DNA of 64,000 bases from Felis catus (taxonomy: Eukaryota): assembly GCF_018350175.1 (NCBI RefSeq), contig NC_058368.1, forward strand, positions 19,904,001 to 19,968,000, read 5' to 3'. The notes beneath the pieces are model-generated. The model was not told where the DNA came from and did not search any database. It saw nothing but the letters and a program-made list of their open reading frames with translations. The position numbers were made by a program, and so were the translations under genes. Below, one piece after another: positions 38,213-50,010 of the stretch (its first letter is position 1; every line of letters starts with the position of its first letter).

Positions 38213-38254
38213 CCTGCCGCAGGGGGTGGCCGCTGGTGGGCGCGAGGGCGGCGG

Positions 38255-38266
38255 CACTTCCGGAAG
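38255..38266. promoter_or_regulatory. Palindromic ETS (GABPA/ELK-type) site
   Basis: CACTTCCGGAAG has a CCGGAAG core on both strands. Confidence 0.65.
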
Positions 38267-38399
38267 CGTGGTGGAGGAGGTGAGGAAACCTAAAAAAGGA
38301 GGCGGGACGTTGGCGGCCCAATACGCGTGCGCCAGCCCACCAGCCCATTTCCGCCCCGCCCCTACTGAATTCCCGAAGCCTCGCAGCACCGCCCCTGGA

Positions 38400-38410
38400 A
38401 CGCATGCGCC
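38400..38410. promoter_or_regulatory. NRF1-like site
   Basis: ACGCATGCGCC is close to the GCGCATGCGC consensus; a weaker copy ACGCGTGCGCC lies at about 38323. Confidence 0.5.
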
Positions 38411-38723
38411 TTCCATTATCTGCGGTCTCCTAGACTCGCCGCCTTCCACCTCCAATCTGTAATCCCCTCCCTTTCTAATCTCCCGTGAACGCGCGTGTAA
38501 ACCCCCCGGGAACGCGCTTGCCAGAGGCCCCGCCCCCTCCAAAATTTATAAAAAGGGGGCGGAGTGGAGCGGGGAAAAGTGGGCCTGGACGAGGCCGGAA
38601 AGAGAAGAAGCTTGCAGGAAGGAAAGAAGCTGAACTAGTTGGGACGTGACTGGGCGTACGTAAGGGTTACCTGTTCTGAGCTTCCATAACAATGAGCCTA
38701 CCGCGACGGGAGGCCATTTACTG

Positions 38724-38738
38724 CTCCCAGCATGCACC
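38724..38738 (+). promoter_or_regulatory. ZNF143 (Staf) SBS motif
   Basis: CTCCCAGCATGCACC fits YTCCCANNATGC. Confidence 0.6.
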
Positions 38739-38766
38739 AGGCCCAGGCTGCCGAGTGGCAGCCCAA

Positions 38767-38787
38767 GGGCTCCTGGGAGTTGTAGTT
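38767..38787 (-). promoter_or_regulatory. ZNF143/THAP11-HCF1 extended ACTACA motif
   Basis: Minus strand reads AACTACAACTCCCAGGAGCCC, fitting ACTACANNTCCCA. Confidence 0.7.
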
Positions 38788-39779
38788 TTTCGGAGCCTCG
38801 TCTCCCTTCTGGAATAACCTATTGCCCACTTCTCAGCGCTCCTGGACTGGGGAGCCCGGCACCGACCCAGGCAATTAACTGAGTCGCGGCCCGGACTGAT
38901 CTCTATGGAGGAAATTGAAGAGCATCCCAGGGCTGAGCAGGTGGTTAAGATTGTTTCCTATAATAGTAGAGCCCGAGGGTGGGGAAAGAAGAGAATCTCT
39001 CGTATACGCATTTTTGAGGGAGTTTAGAGATCATCTGCAGTATCATCTAACTGGTTTTTCTTAAATGACTAAGTTACTAGCCCAAGATTACTTTAGCTCC
39101 CAGTTAGGGCTGTGCCCCCACCACACCCCCGGACTTGAACCCAGTCTCCCTCTCCTACTCCTGGCCCTGTCTTCTTTCCATTCGCCAGTAATTCAGCCTT
39201 TCTGGCTTGCTCCAGAGACAATGGAGAGAGTTACTGTGATTATTGAATGAATGTTAGGTGCCTGGCACAGGGCCTGGCATGTGGGGTCGTTCATTATTTG
39301 ATGACCCTACTAAGCCCTCCCAGAGTTAACAAACTAGCTGAAGAGTGGTCATGTGGTGTGACTGGGCTAGCAAGGGCTCTGGAGGTTAGAAAAATAATAT
39401 GGTAGAGCAGGGCAAAGAAATGACAGGCCTCGTAGAACTGCATTTCTTATGCAGGTTTTTGGCAGCCAAGGACCTGTCTCAAAGCACACAGTACAACTCT
39501 TTACCGCCTCCCATCTTTGCAGAAATTCTGTAAGGCACTAGAAAATGAGACAGGTATTTTCCAGTTTGGGGACCTGGAACAAGGCATTCCACTTCTCTGA
39601 GCCTCAGGTTCCCAATCTATTAAGTGGAAGATAATAATACCTACCTTGGGTGTTATGTGAGAGCTACAAAAGACATATTTTAAGTGCCTTCATGCACAAT
39701 AGGTCCTTCAGGGTTCCAGGTATTAGGACATGGACATATTTGGGGGACCATTATTCAGCCTACCACAATGGTTTTAAAT

Positions 39780-40660
39780 ACTATTCTTATGCTCCTCAAC
39801 TCCAAACTCATATATCTAATGCCACTCCACTTTGTCAATTAACCATTTAATAGGTGTTTCAAGCATTCCCAAATAGTATCTTCAAATCTACCACACCACT
39901 CACCCAATGGTTAAAAACTGAGTTCCTAAGAGTCATCCTTGATTCTTCTCTTTTCCTCACAACTCCTTTCCAAACCATAAACTCATCAGCTCTGCCTCCA
40001 GAGTAGGTCTTGAATTTTCCCACTTATATCACCTCTACCCCAGTCCGAGTCACCATATGCTCTGGCCTCTACTATCAAAGTAACCTACCTGCTTTCCCTG
40101 CTTCTTCTCTTGAACCCTTCCCTCACCCACCCCAAACTCTTTTCATCTATTTAATCTATTTTTATCACAGTGACCAAAGGATTGTGTTTTAAAACATAAG
40201 CCAGATCACATTACTCCTCTGCTTTAAGTCTGTCAGTGGCTTACCATTGCATTTGGGATAATGCTTCTCCAACCTCACCTCTCCTCCTGTTCGATACTCT
40301 CTAAGCCCTGGCTTAGAAAATCCCAGAAACACCAACCTTCTTCCTGATGGTGTCCTTTGCAGTGGGATACTTGCTTCTCACCACTGAGGCTTCAGTCTAA
40401 AGAGTGTTACCCTCCCACCTCTAACATACCCCACCTCCTTATAACACTCACTGTCATATCATGCTGTTTTGTTTTCCAGTCCTCACTTCTGCCCCAAATA
40501 ATCTTTGTTTCTTATTTATTTCTTAGTTCTCCATCTTCTAGAAGAGAAGCACCAGGAGAAAAAGGACATTACCTGCCTGTTCATCATTGTATTCCCAGCC
40601 CCCAGAATCATAGCTGGCCCATTAGGAGGAATGCTGTAAGTATTTGTCAAATGATTGAGT
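39780..40660 (-). mobile_element. L2 fragments
   Basis: GAGTCATCCTTGATTCTTCTCT, CAGATCACATTACTCCTCTGCTT, TATTTGTCAAATGATTGA. Confidence 0.7.
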
Positions 40661-40884
40661 AGAAAGAAAGACAGGCAAGTCTGAATTTAACTCTTTTCCA
40701 TTAGAGTGTAATGGAAACACTGGAATCTGGACCTTACCCTAATTCCTGGGATGGGATGATCCTTGGGAGAATACACAAAACAGGCAGATGGTAATACCAA
40801 TATGGTAAAGCCAACAGGTGAGTAATTGGTATCCAAGAGAAAGGCTTAGTATGCAATTTCTCCTTCTCTTCCTGGTAGCAGGTA

Positions 40885-41095
40885 CAAGGGTCTCCTCAGC
40901 AGCAAGGTTCTGTGGCATTGAAGCCCAGCTGCCCATCAGAATGCCTTGGGAGCTTTTTGAAAATGCAGAGCCCTGGACCCTATCCCTGAACAACTGGATT
41001 TGGTTTTCTAGGAGCTTGGTCTGAGAATATGAATTTTTATAAAGTTTCAGGTGATTCTAAAGCAGGTGATCCTTGTTTCTAGTCTAGTCTGGGAA
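40885..41095. mobile_element. MER5-like hAT element
   Basis: CATCAGAATGCCTTGGGAGCTTTTTGAAAATGCAGA ... CAGGTGATTCTAAAGCAG. Confidence 0.6.
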
Positions 41096-41499
41096 GCCAG
41101 ATCTAGGAATCCAACGGAAGGGTGCAGGAAAAGTGATGAGTGGTACAGAGGGCTGGGCCTCCAACTATGGGGCACATCTCCCCCTCCCTTTTCTTCCCCA
41201 GCATGAGAGACTAGACAGGCTGCTTGTTCTTCCACTGGTAACATCTGTTGTTTCTGATCAGACTAATGCCTTTTTGTATGTGCAGTCCATTGAGTAACAG
41301 AACACTCACTGCCTGTGACTTTTTGCCCTACTCACCTGTGCCAGAATCAAGCACGAGGCTTTTGCAAAGCTTTCCCCTTAATCTTCCTCTCACTCCTCTC
41401 TGGTCTGGGCAGGCTTGAGCTAACAGTAGGTTTTCATGTATACAAAGGTATTAAGTAAGGTTCATCTAGGTATCTATATCTGTATCTACATATTTTTTA

Positions 41500-42290
41500 A
41501 ATAGACTTTTTTTTTTTAAGAGCAGTCTTAGGTTCACAGTAAAATTGACTGGAAAGTACAGAGAGTTCCTATATACCCCCTGCCCCCACACATGGATAGT
41601 TTTCCCCTTGATCCACATCTCCCACCAGACTGGTACATTTGTAACAATCAGTGAACCTGCACTGATACATCTTTACCACCCGAAGTCCATTGTTTTCCCT
41701 AGGGTTCACTCTTTGAGTTGTGAGTTCTATGTGTTTAGACAAATGTATAATGACATGTATCCATGATAATAATACCATATAGAATAATTACACTGCCCTA
41801 AAAATCCTCTGTGTTCTGCCTATTTGTCCCTCTCTCCCAGGCCCCTGGCAATTACCGATCTTTTTATTGTTCCCATAGTTTTGCCTTTTCCAGAATGTCA
41901 TATCGTTGGGATTACACAGGGTGTAGACTTTTCAGATTGGCTTCTTTCATTTAGTAACATGCTTTTAAGTGTCACCCATGCCCTTTCATGGATTGATAGC
42001 TCATTTGTTTGTAGTGCTGAGTAATATTCCATTGTCTGTAGGTATCATTGTTTTGTTTATCCATTCACCTGCTGAAGGCCATCTTGGATATTCCCACTTT
42101 TCCGCAATTTTAGATAAAGCTGCTATAAATATCTGTGTTCAGGTTTTTGTGTGGACATAAGTTTCCAATTCCTTTGGGTAAATACCAAAGAGCCCATTTG
42201 TTGGATTGTATGGGGAAGAGTATGTTTATTTCTGTAAGAAACTGCCAATCTGTCTTCTAAAGTGGCTGCGCCATTATGAATTCCCACCAG
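41500..42290 (-). mobile_element. L1MC-like 3' end
   Basis: TTAGGTTCACAGTAAAATTG..GTACAGAGAGTTCCTATATACCCCCTG; TTTTGCCTTTTCCAGAATGTCATAT; GCTGCTATAAATATCTGTG. Confidence 0.85.
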
Positions 42291-44596
42291 TTAGGTTCAT
42301 CTATATTTCAGAGGAAATGAATTCTGGAATTTTCTGAAGAGGAACTAGGAAGGCAGGGTAGGATGAAGTAAGAATAGAAACCAGCCTTAGGGAAATGGTG
42401 ACAAGGTGAAATAGTGGCAGAAAAAAAGAGAAGGAGGAAGGGGGTTTATGTTTCTGTTCCTTCTTTGCTTTGTCTTTATTAATAATATTCATGCCACTGC
42501 AGACCCACCCATACCCTAAGCCCTGGATTGAGCTGAAGTGAGAGGCAGGGACTGTGACTGATGATCTGCCCCTAAGCAAACCAAGAGCAGAGGAATCTCA
42601 AGTACATTTTGTCAAGAAGAAGTGGGTATACTATTCCTAGAACAAAGTAGCTCTCAAAAAAATGTTTGTTGGATGCAGGCATAAATGAAAACATAAATTC
42701 CTCAGTTTACCATTCAAATGTCTTAAATCTATTAGAATCCTTGGTTCAGCTTCAGGAAACTCAGACCTGCTCACAATTCCATAGACACTATCTTCCCTCA
42801 TTCTTTCTTCTAGAAAATTGGTGCCTGCTGTGTTCCAGGGAATAAGCTAGGTACTAAATATGACTCTTGTGAATTTAAGGATAGAGCTCAATTTGACCCA
42901 TGTCTTGATTTCATTATTGGAGGGCCACTGGCTCTGAGCACAGTGAACAGGTAGAGGAGCTGGTGTGAGAAGCTTTTGGTTTTAAAGTAAAGGTCAGGGC
43001 TATGCTCAGGTTCTGCCGATGTAGTTGGTTCTGCTCTAAATCTTTTTCACAAATAATGTTAAATAGAATGTATGAAGGAATTAAATGGGACCTGTGAGGA
43101 ATGAATGTTATCCATACAAAATAATGAGATGGGAGGAGGGGTGAAATATATTGCCATCTAGGCAAAATGATTAATCCATGTGGAAGGAATCGGTCTCTAA
43201 CTCCCATACATAACTACAGTTACTTTACTGAGGAATGGACATTTTGTATTTTGTGGCAACTTTGGGGGGATACCACATTTTTTTCTACCTGTGCCTGTTT
43301 TGGGTTCCATTTTCCACCTAAAATTATATACACGAGGGAAATAAATGATTCTGTAAACAAAGAATGAGATCATCTGTATCTCAAAGACCTTGATGGAAGG
43401 GCATGGTTAATGACCAAAATTCTAATGTTGTCACTGGAGTCCTGGCAGAATTGTATCTGACACTCTTTGGCTATCTGATGATACTTTTAAAAGTTTCTCA
43501 TACACTTCAAGGATCAACACAATGCAGCCATCTTCCAGACGAGCCACCTGTAGTATATGCTTAGGCCTCATTGACATGGTTTTAGGAAAAGCATTTCCCC
43601 ATCCTCAGAATCTATACCATAAGCCCTTTTTAAGCGGAGACAGCTTTCCTCTTCTGTTGAACTACCCCCTGGTATCAAGCCCAGTGCAAAGCATGAAGAG
43701 GGAGCTCAGTAATGACAAGGAAGTAGAAAGATTAATTGAATCTTAATGTCTTTGCAGAACAGCTTCTGGTAAAATGGATCCTAGAAGCATGTTTTTCCTA
43801 TCAACACAATTTACATGGCAGCTAATACTGGAGGCCAGAGAGATCGGGACAAGGGTTTGTTACCAAAGGTGCCTCCTCTTGAGTAAAATTAGTTGGAATC
43901 AGATAAGATACCATGGGGAAAGGGCTTTTGTGCTAACCAAATCAACATTAGCCTTTCTCTTGAACTGCCTTTCTGTTTCAGTGGAAGGGAGAAACCAAAA
44001 AAAACCTCAAGCAATAGGGGAAAAAGGGGAAAAGACTGTATTGACAAATAAATAAAATGAGTAAAGAGGGAGGATAGAACAAATTCAAAGTCCTGAAAAG
44101 AAACAGAAAGAGGCCAAGATATTAATGATAGCTCTAACAGTATAACCCAAACTTTGATCACTACGTTAAATCCCTTGAAGTGTTCTGTGGGCTTCTCAAA
44201 CATACATTTTTATTTCCAGGATATGAAATCCTAAAGAATCTATAGCCTTTATCGTCTGTTCACAGATTAAGTATTTTCAAAAAGCTGATTCTCTTTTGAG
44301 GTTGGTGCAAAACGGAGCTAAAAGCTGCACCCCTGAGTGGAATGATGAACACCGTGACAATGTGGTGCCGTTCTGCCACTGGCCTCACTGCCCCCGCCTT
44401 GCTCTCTCCAAGCCATCCTTCTCATTGCTGCTAGAGCATTCTTTCTAAAACTCATTTTACTCCCTAGCATAGCCTACACCCTCTAAGAGCTTTCTGTGTC
44501 TCTAGAATTGAAACTAGACTCATCACCTGGCTCATGCCTACCTCTACAATCCATTTCCCACTTTCTACCCCCTCAACCTCACCTCCAGTGACACTG

Positions 44597-45110
44597 CATC
44601 AGGTAAAATGCTTTTAGTTGTGAGTAACATGAAATTCTACTTGATCTTTTAAACCACGAAGGGAATACCAGCTTCCACTTACCTGGTCAGAGGTGGGTCA
44701 GCTCATTGGCTCCATTTCTGTGGCATCCCCCCACTCTATGCGACATCCTTATCCACTGGTTGGCTCTCCTGGAGGTAGCAAAATAGAAACCAGTAGCTCT
44801 CAGGTTGACATGCTTTCTCTTCCATGTGAATGCATCTCTTCTCCTAACCATCAAACCAAAATCCTGGACTTCTTTCTGTTTGGACATATCCAGCCCTGAC
44901 CTAACATCTCTGAGGAATGCCATGGCTGATTTGCTTAGGCTTGGATGACACACTTCTCTGAGAACCAGCTACAACAAAAGAATGGATTCCACTGACTGCC
45001 TAAGGCCGATCAAGACCCATCCTTGGAGCTGGGAATAAGGTCCATTATATTCAACCCGTGGCTGGGAAATGTGGAGGGAAGGAGAGAACGGATGCAGAAT
45101 AAGCATCTTC
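44597..45110 (-). mobile_element. Old MLT1-like LTR flanked by L2 fragments
   Basis: ATGCTTTTAGTTGTGAGTAACA start; CTGATTTGCTTAGGCTTGGATGACAC. Confidence 0.45.
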
Positions 45111-47101
45111 AGAATCCAAATTACTTATGACTCTCTAGGCCTTTCATCCCATGGTATAGCTCTCTTTTCTCTTTCTGAGATATTCTTTCCCCATTTGATC
45201 TGTCTGGCAAACTCCTACTCTGCTCTCAACTCCAGACGAAGCATTTCACCCTCTGTAAGATCTTTCAGGCTCCCTCTTCCCAAACAGTGGATTAAGTCCT
45301 TCTGTGTACCATTCTTATACCCAGTACAAACTAAATTTATTGCCTTACTCGTTGCTCATGGATTCTTTGTTTGATAGATTTATCTCCCCCCAATAGACAG
45401 TTAAGTTCTTGAGTACAGAAACCCTCTTTTTTGTAATCCTTACTTTTGACATTTATAAAATGACCAGAGCATATATGAGTATCCTTTAAATAAATTCTGA
45501 GTTTTGTTAATTCTACTAGAGATTGATCACCACCTGTTGATGACCTACTTACGTGCTCTGTGTGGAGGTGTGACCTCCTCTGATGTCTAACCTCAAGAAA
45601 GAGACAGATCCTCAAAAAAAGTAAATGGAGCCAGGAGCAAAAGAAACAGAAGGCGAATTGCCTGAGTCACTCTGGTTCTTGGCCTTCTTGGTCCTGGTTG
45701 AGAGGCAATGTAAAGGTCCTTGAGTGTCCAAGTCATTATTAGTTTCCAAAAGCACCCTCCAACTATGAAGGCAGTTCAGGCACCAGACAACAGGCTTTCC
45801 TATATGAACCTCAAGCTGGAAACCTGGCCAACCAGATTACCTACTTCCATGTTATGTTCCATGCTGTGATAATTTTATTATTCCTAACCAAAAAAGGGAA
45901 AGCTTGCTCTAAATAGTATTTCCTTTCACCTTACAGCTCCAAAAAAAGAATACCATCTTTTACCTTTCCTCAACTCCTAGTATCTCTAAGGGGTGGAGTA
46001 AAGAATTGAACATTTCCAAAAAAGGAAGTGGAATGATCGTCCTTATCAGCAATTGTTTTTAACACACTTAGTTTTGGTAGGGCACAAACACGTGTCACTG
46101 AGAAACATAAGAAGGCCTTGCAAAATTTCAGGGTAGCTAATAATGAATTCACAAATGATAAGTGGTCTGCAAATAATAACATTGATTATAGTAATGCAAG
46201 TATTCTGGAGGACCCTGGGATTCAAAAATGAAAAGACATTTGCTGTAGTAGATGCCAGTATCTGTCATTAGAGTCATAAAAGCAGCAGAAGAGAGGCTCT
46301 GTGACCTAAGTGAAGTCACATATAAATGTAACAGCTAGAGACCATGAATAAGTATATGATAGTGTAGTATAAATTATACATCTGTGATAGCACTGCGGCA
46401 ACATTATTTGACTGATTACTGAGGGAGTGATCAGTATGGAATGATATTAGTCAGGAAAGGCTCTTGAAGGGGTGAGTCACGGGTTTTCGAACAAGAGGCT
46501 GACATGATGTAGTTGGCACTCAAAAAATATTGTCTTAGCAACTCTGTAGAGAATGAACTGAGATGGGAAAGCACAAATCAGGGAGACCAGGTAGGAGGCG
46601 GTAATGCAAACGAGGTGATGGGCGCCTGGACTGCCGTGTGGGCTGTGAAATAGAGTTGGAATGGCTTAGAGAAGGCGATGCAGTAGGTTGCATAATAGCG
46701 TGGGCCTTGCAGACAAAACTGATTTGGGCACCCATCCTGGCTCCACTGACTGGCTGTGTTACTTGGGTAACTAACCTACCTGCTCTGGGTCTGTTCCTTT
46801 ATCTGGAAAATGCACTTGCGGGTGCTTGTTGTTTTTGCTGTCCAGTATTTGAACGTCCTTCCTAAGCAAATCTGAGTGAATCCCAATGTAGGGGGAAGAC
46901 ACGCAGGGGAACCTGCTTCTCCCACCAGGCCCTTGCATCTAGGGCATCGATCGGCACATGCTCTGAGTAGGACCAGTTGGTGCCCACCCGCCTGTCTGTC
47001 TATACTGCAGAATAGTGATGCAAAGACACTGCAGTCAGTGTGAGAATCTTTGAGCTCTCTCTGCTGAGATTAGAATCCAGAGATTAGAATCCAGAATCTA
47101 A

Positions 47102-47412
47102 CGGCTGGCTCAGTCGTTAGAGCATGTGACTTTTTTTTTTAAATTTTTTTTTTAATGTTTATTTATTTTCGAGAGAGAGAAACAGAGCATGAGCAGGGAA
47201 GGGGCAGAGAGAGAGGGAGACACAGAATCGGAAGCAGGCTCCAGGCTTCGAGCTGTCAGCACAGAGCCCGACGCGGGGCTCGAACTCATGAGCCACGAGA
47301 TCACGACCTGAGCCGAAGTTGGACGCTCAACCGACTGAGCCACCCAGGCGCCCCTAAAGCATGTGACTCTTGACTCACAGTGGGCATGGAGCTTACTTTA
47401 AGAAAAGAAGAA
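47102..47412 (+). mobile_element. Short tRNA-Lys-like SINE split by a CanSINE
   Basis: GGCTGGCTCAGTCGTTAGAGCATGTGACT | CTTGAC..GCATGGAGCTTACTTTAAGAAAA; flanked by AGAATCCAGA. Confidence 0.75.
47132..47354 (-). mobile_element. CanSINE
   Basis: TSD TA(G/A)AGCATGTGACT. Confidence 0.96.
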
Positions 47413-48296
47413 GAATCCAGAGACATGGTGGAACACGTCCTCAGAAATTGTTACTGAAGTAGGATCTCAGTTTCATGCTCTGCTTCTTCCCTTGGCTCTG
47501 CCCTGAACCCAGTCCTCTACCTTCCTATGGGCTGTGTGAGTTGCCCACCACCTCTCCAGTTAATTCCTCTTCTGTTTAAGTTACCTGCCATTTGCTCTCA
47601 AGAACCCTGACTAGAACATGACCTCATAGGACCATTTTGAGGATTCAATAAGACGATGTATATAAGGCCTTTAGCCCAGTACTTGTCATGGGTAAACACT
47701 TACTGAATCATTGATCTGAGAAACAACAAAGAAAATGACAGAATAGTGACAGACTTGGATACTTGGTTAGTTGTGGGAGAAGAATAAAAAGGAAGAATGG
47801 GGAAGGTAACACTAAGTTTACAAACCTGTCTTCCACAGCCTTATTCTACCTCAAACAAGAATCTAGAAGCCAACAGAAGGATGGTTAGGCGTTAATGGCG
47901 AAATACTGACCTCTCAGCATGTCGACTGAGAACAAGGTAGTTCTCACATGACAAAGTCTAAACTTGTCAGCCTGGCCCGTAAGGCACTTCATAACCCTGT
48001 TCAAACCTGCCTTTCCAGCCCTGAAGCTTGCCACTCCCCAAGAAGCATCTGACGCCATACTCAAATCACGCTGCTTGGTGTCCCAAGAACACATCGTGTT
48101 ATTCTGAGCTCTGCTGCCTCTCACACTCTACCCTCTTTGCCTGAAATGTCCTTCTCATCCTCCTTCAACTTCAACTCATTTAGGACTTGGGTTGCATCTC
48201 TTACCCTCAATGAAGCCCTTCCCTAACTCCTTCCAGGCAATGTTACATTTTATTCTGAAGTGCTCTTTTTTAAAAAAACGAAATTCTTTTCCATCA

Positions 48297-48512
48297 TTTT
48301 TTAAGTTTATTTATCTTCGAAAGAGAGAGAGGGAGGGCACGCGAGCAGGGGAGGGGCAGAGAGAGAGAGAGAGGAGACAGAGAATCCCGAGCAGGCTCCC
48401 ACACTGTCAGTACAGAGCCAGATGCGGGGCTTGAACCCACAAACCACGTGATCATGACCCAAGCCGAAACCAAGAGTAGGATGCTTAACTGACTGAGCCA
48501 CCCAGATGCCCC
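48297..48512 (-). mobile_element. CanSINE
   Basis: Reverse-complement SINE. Confidence 0.9.
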
Positions 48513-49214
48513 TAAAGTGCACTTTGTGTCTCTCTCCTTCACTCCCTTGGGTGGCCCCAGGCCCCACGGACTGTGGTTTGGCCCTCCTTGTATCACCATT
48601 GCCTGACATTGTCTGGGTGCAGCCAGTACTTCACAGGCTCATTGTTGAACAGCCAGAACGTTCCTTTATAATTTGGTTAGAGATAAAAGGGTATGTGTCT
48701 GAGACAACGTGATTCGACAATCCACAGACAAAAGTCAGTTTTGTTCATTATGTGTTTATGTATTAAGTAACAAATACAAGTCCTTTTAACTTCCCAGGTC
48801 CCGAAGGGCAGAGTTCTGTGTTAACTCACTTTGTACCCATTGGGTTTTACCCTAACCAGCAGGACAAAGGACTTGGAATCCTTTTTAGGTGTTGCTTTGA
48901 TGTAACCAAAGCAGTGTTGCTCCTATGCTGAAGAAGCTGTGGTTGGAGACCCTGAGAGTAAGAGGCCAGCCCAGCAACCTTGGTCAGGTTTTTCTGTACT
49001 TTGAAGCCCTGATACCTGTGACTTACCCAACTCATCTTTCCTGAATAGGAACGCTAATGAAAATGATTATTTCCATTTGCAGTTCCCCAAGTTAGCTTAA
49101 GCACACGTTTCCAGAGAAACATAGCCATGAGGCCAAAATTTAGTTTTATCTTCCATTGCCCTCAGAAATTATTCTTCTTTATCTCCTAAAGACATTTTAA
49201 GAGATTTCACTTTT

Positions 49215-49421
49215 TTTTTTTAATGTTTATTTATTTTTGAGAGAGAGAGCGTGCACAAGCAGGGGAGGGACAGAGAGAGGGGGAGACACAGAATCTGAAG
49301 CAGGCTCCAGGCTCCGAGCTGTCAGCACAGAGGCCCATTGTGGGGTTCGAACTCACGAACTGTGAGATCATGACCTGAGCCGAAGTCGGATGCTTAACCG
49401 ACTGAGCCACCCAGGCGCCCC
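49215..49421 (-). mobile_element. CanSINE
   Basis: TSD AAG(A/T)GATTTCACTTTT. Confidence 0.94.
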
Positions 49422-49820
49422 AAGTGATTTCACTTTTAATTTAATTTTTAAATAAATAATACATTCTGTGGTTCAAAATTCAAAAGTATACAGTGCAAAG
49501 TGTGTCCCATCACCTTGCACCCTGGCCATCTGGCTTCTCTCCCTGTGGGCAACCACAATTATTGCTTTCTCATGCTTTCTTCCCAAGATATTTTATGCAC
49601 AGAAGGAAATATTTTTCAATTTCCTACTATGTGTTACAGAAAAGTTAAATTAGCACACATTGTTCTGCATCTTACCTTTTAGTCACTAAATGATATATCT
49701 TACAGGTCTTCTCGTATCAGTACATATCATTGCCTACATTTTTTCCTGGCCTTTAGGGTTTCTCCCCCCAATCCTTTCTATTTTATGAACAATTCAGCAG
49801 CTCTTTTAAACCTCCTTTCA

Positions 49821-50010
49821 AGGAGCGCCTGGGGGGCTCAGTCGGTTAAGCGTCCCACTCTTGGTTTCAGCATAGGTCGTGATTTCACAGCTCATGATTT
49901 CGAGCCCCATGTCAGGCTCTGCGCTGTCAGCACAGAACCTGCTTGAGATTTCTTTCTTTCCTTCTCTCTCTCTCAATAAATAAATAAACACAAAAAATTT
50001 TAAATAAATA
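49821..50010 (+). mobile_element. Older CanSINE
   Basis: Head, body and tail; TSD about TCCTTTCA. Confidence 0.88.

Larger units (their letters stand above)
37420..38900. promoter_or_regulatory. WDFY2: CpG island: WDFY2 promoter, 5' UTR and exon 1
   Basis: Very GC- and CpG-dense against a CpG-depleted background; spans exon 1. Confidence 0.92.
46817..47618 (+). mobile_element. ERVL-type solo LTR inserted into a MIR
   Basis: Ends TAATTCCTCTTCTGTTTAAG..AAGAACCCTGACTAGAACA; MIR halves at about 46690-46812 and 47620-47715. Confidence 0.55.

Noticed and set aside
37775..38542. 255-aa ORF taken as a complete single-exon protein
   Set aside because: It has a non-ATG start, WDFY2 similarity covers only 37939-37803, and the last residues (YGPPPLGR) read through the GT donor into the intron.
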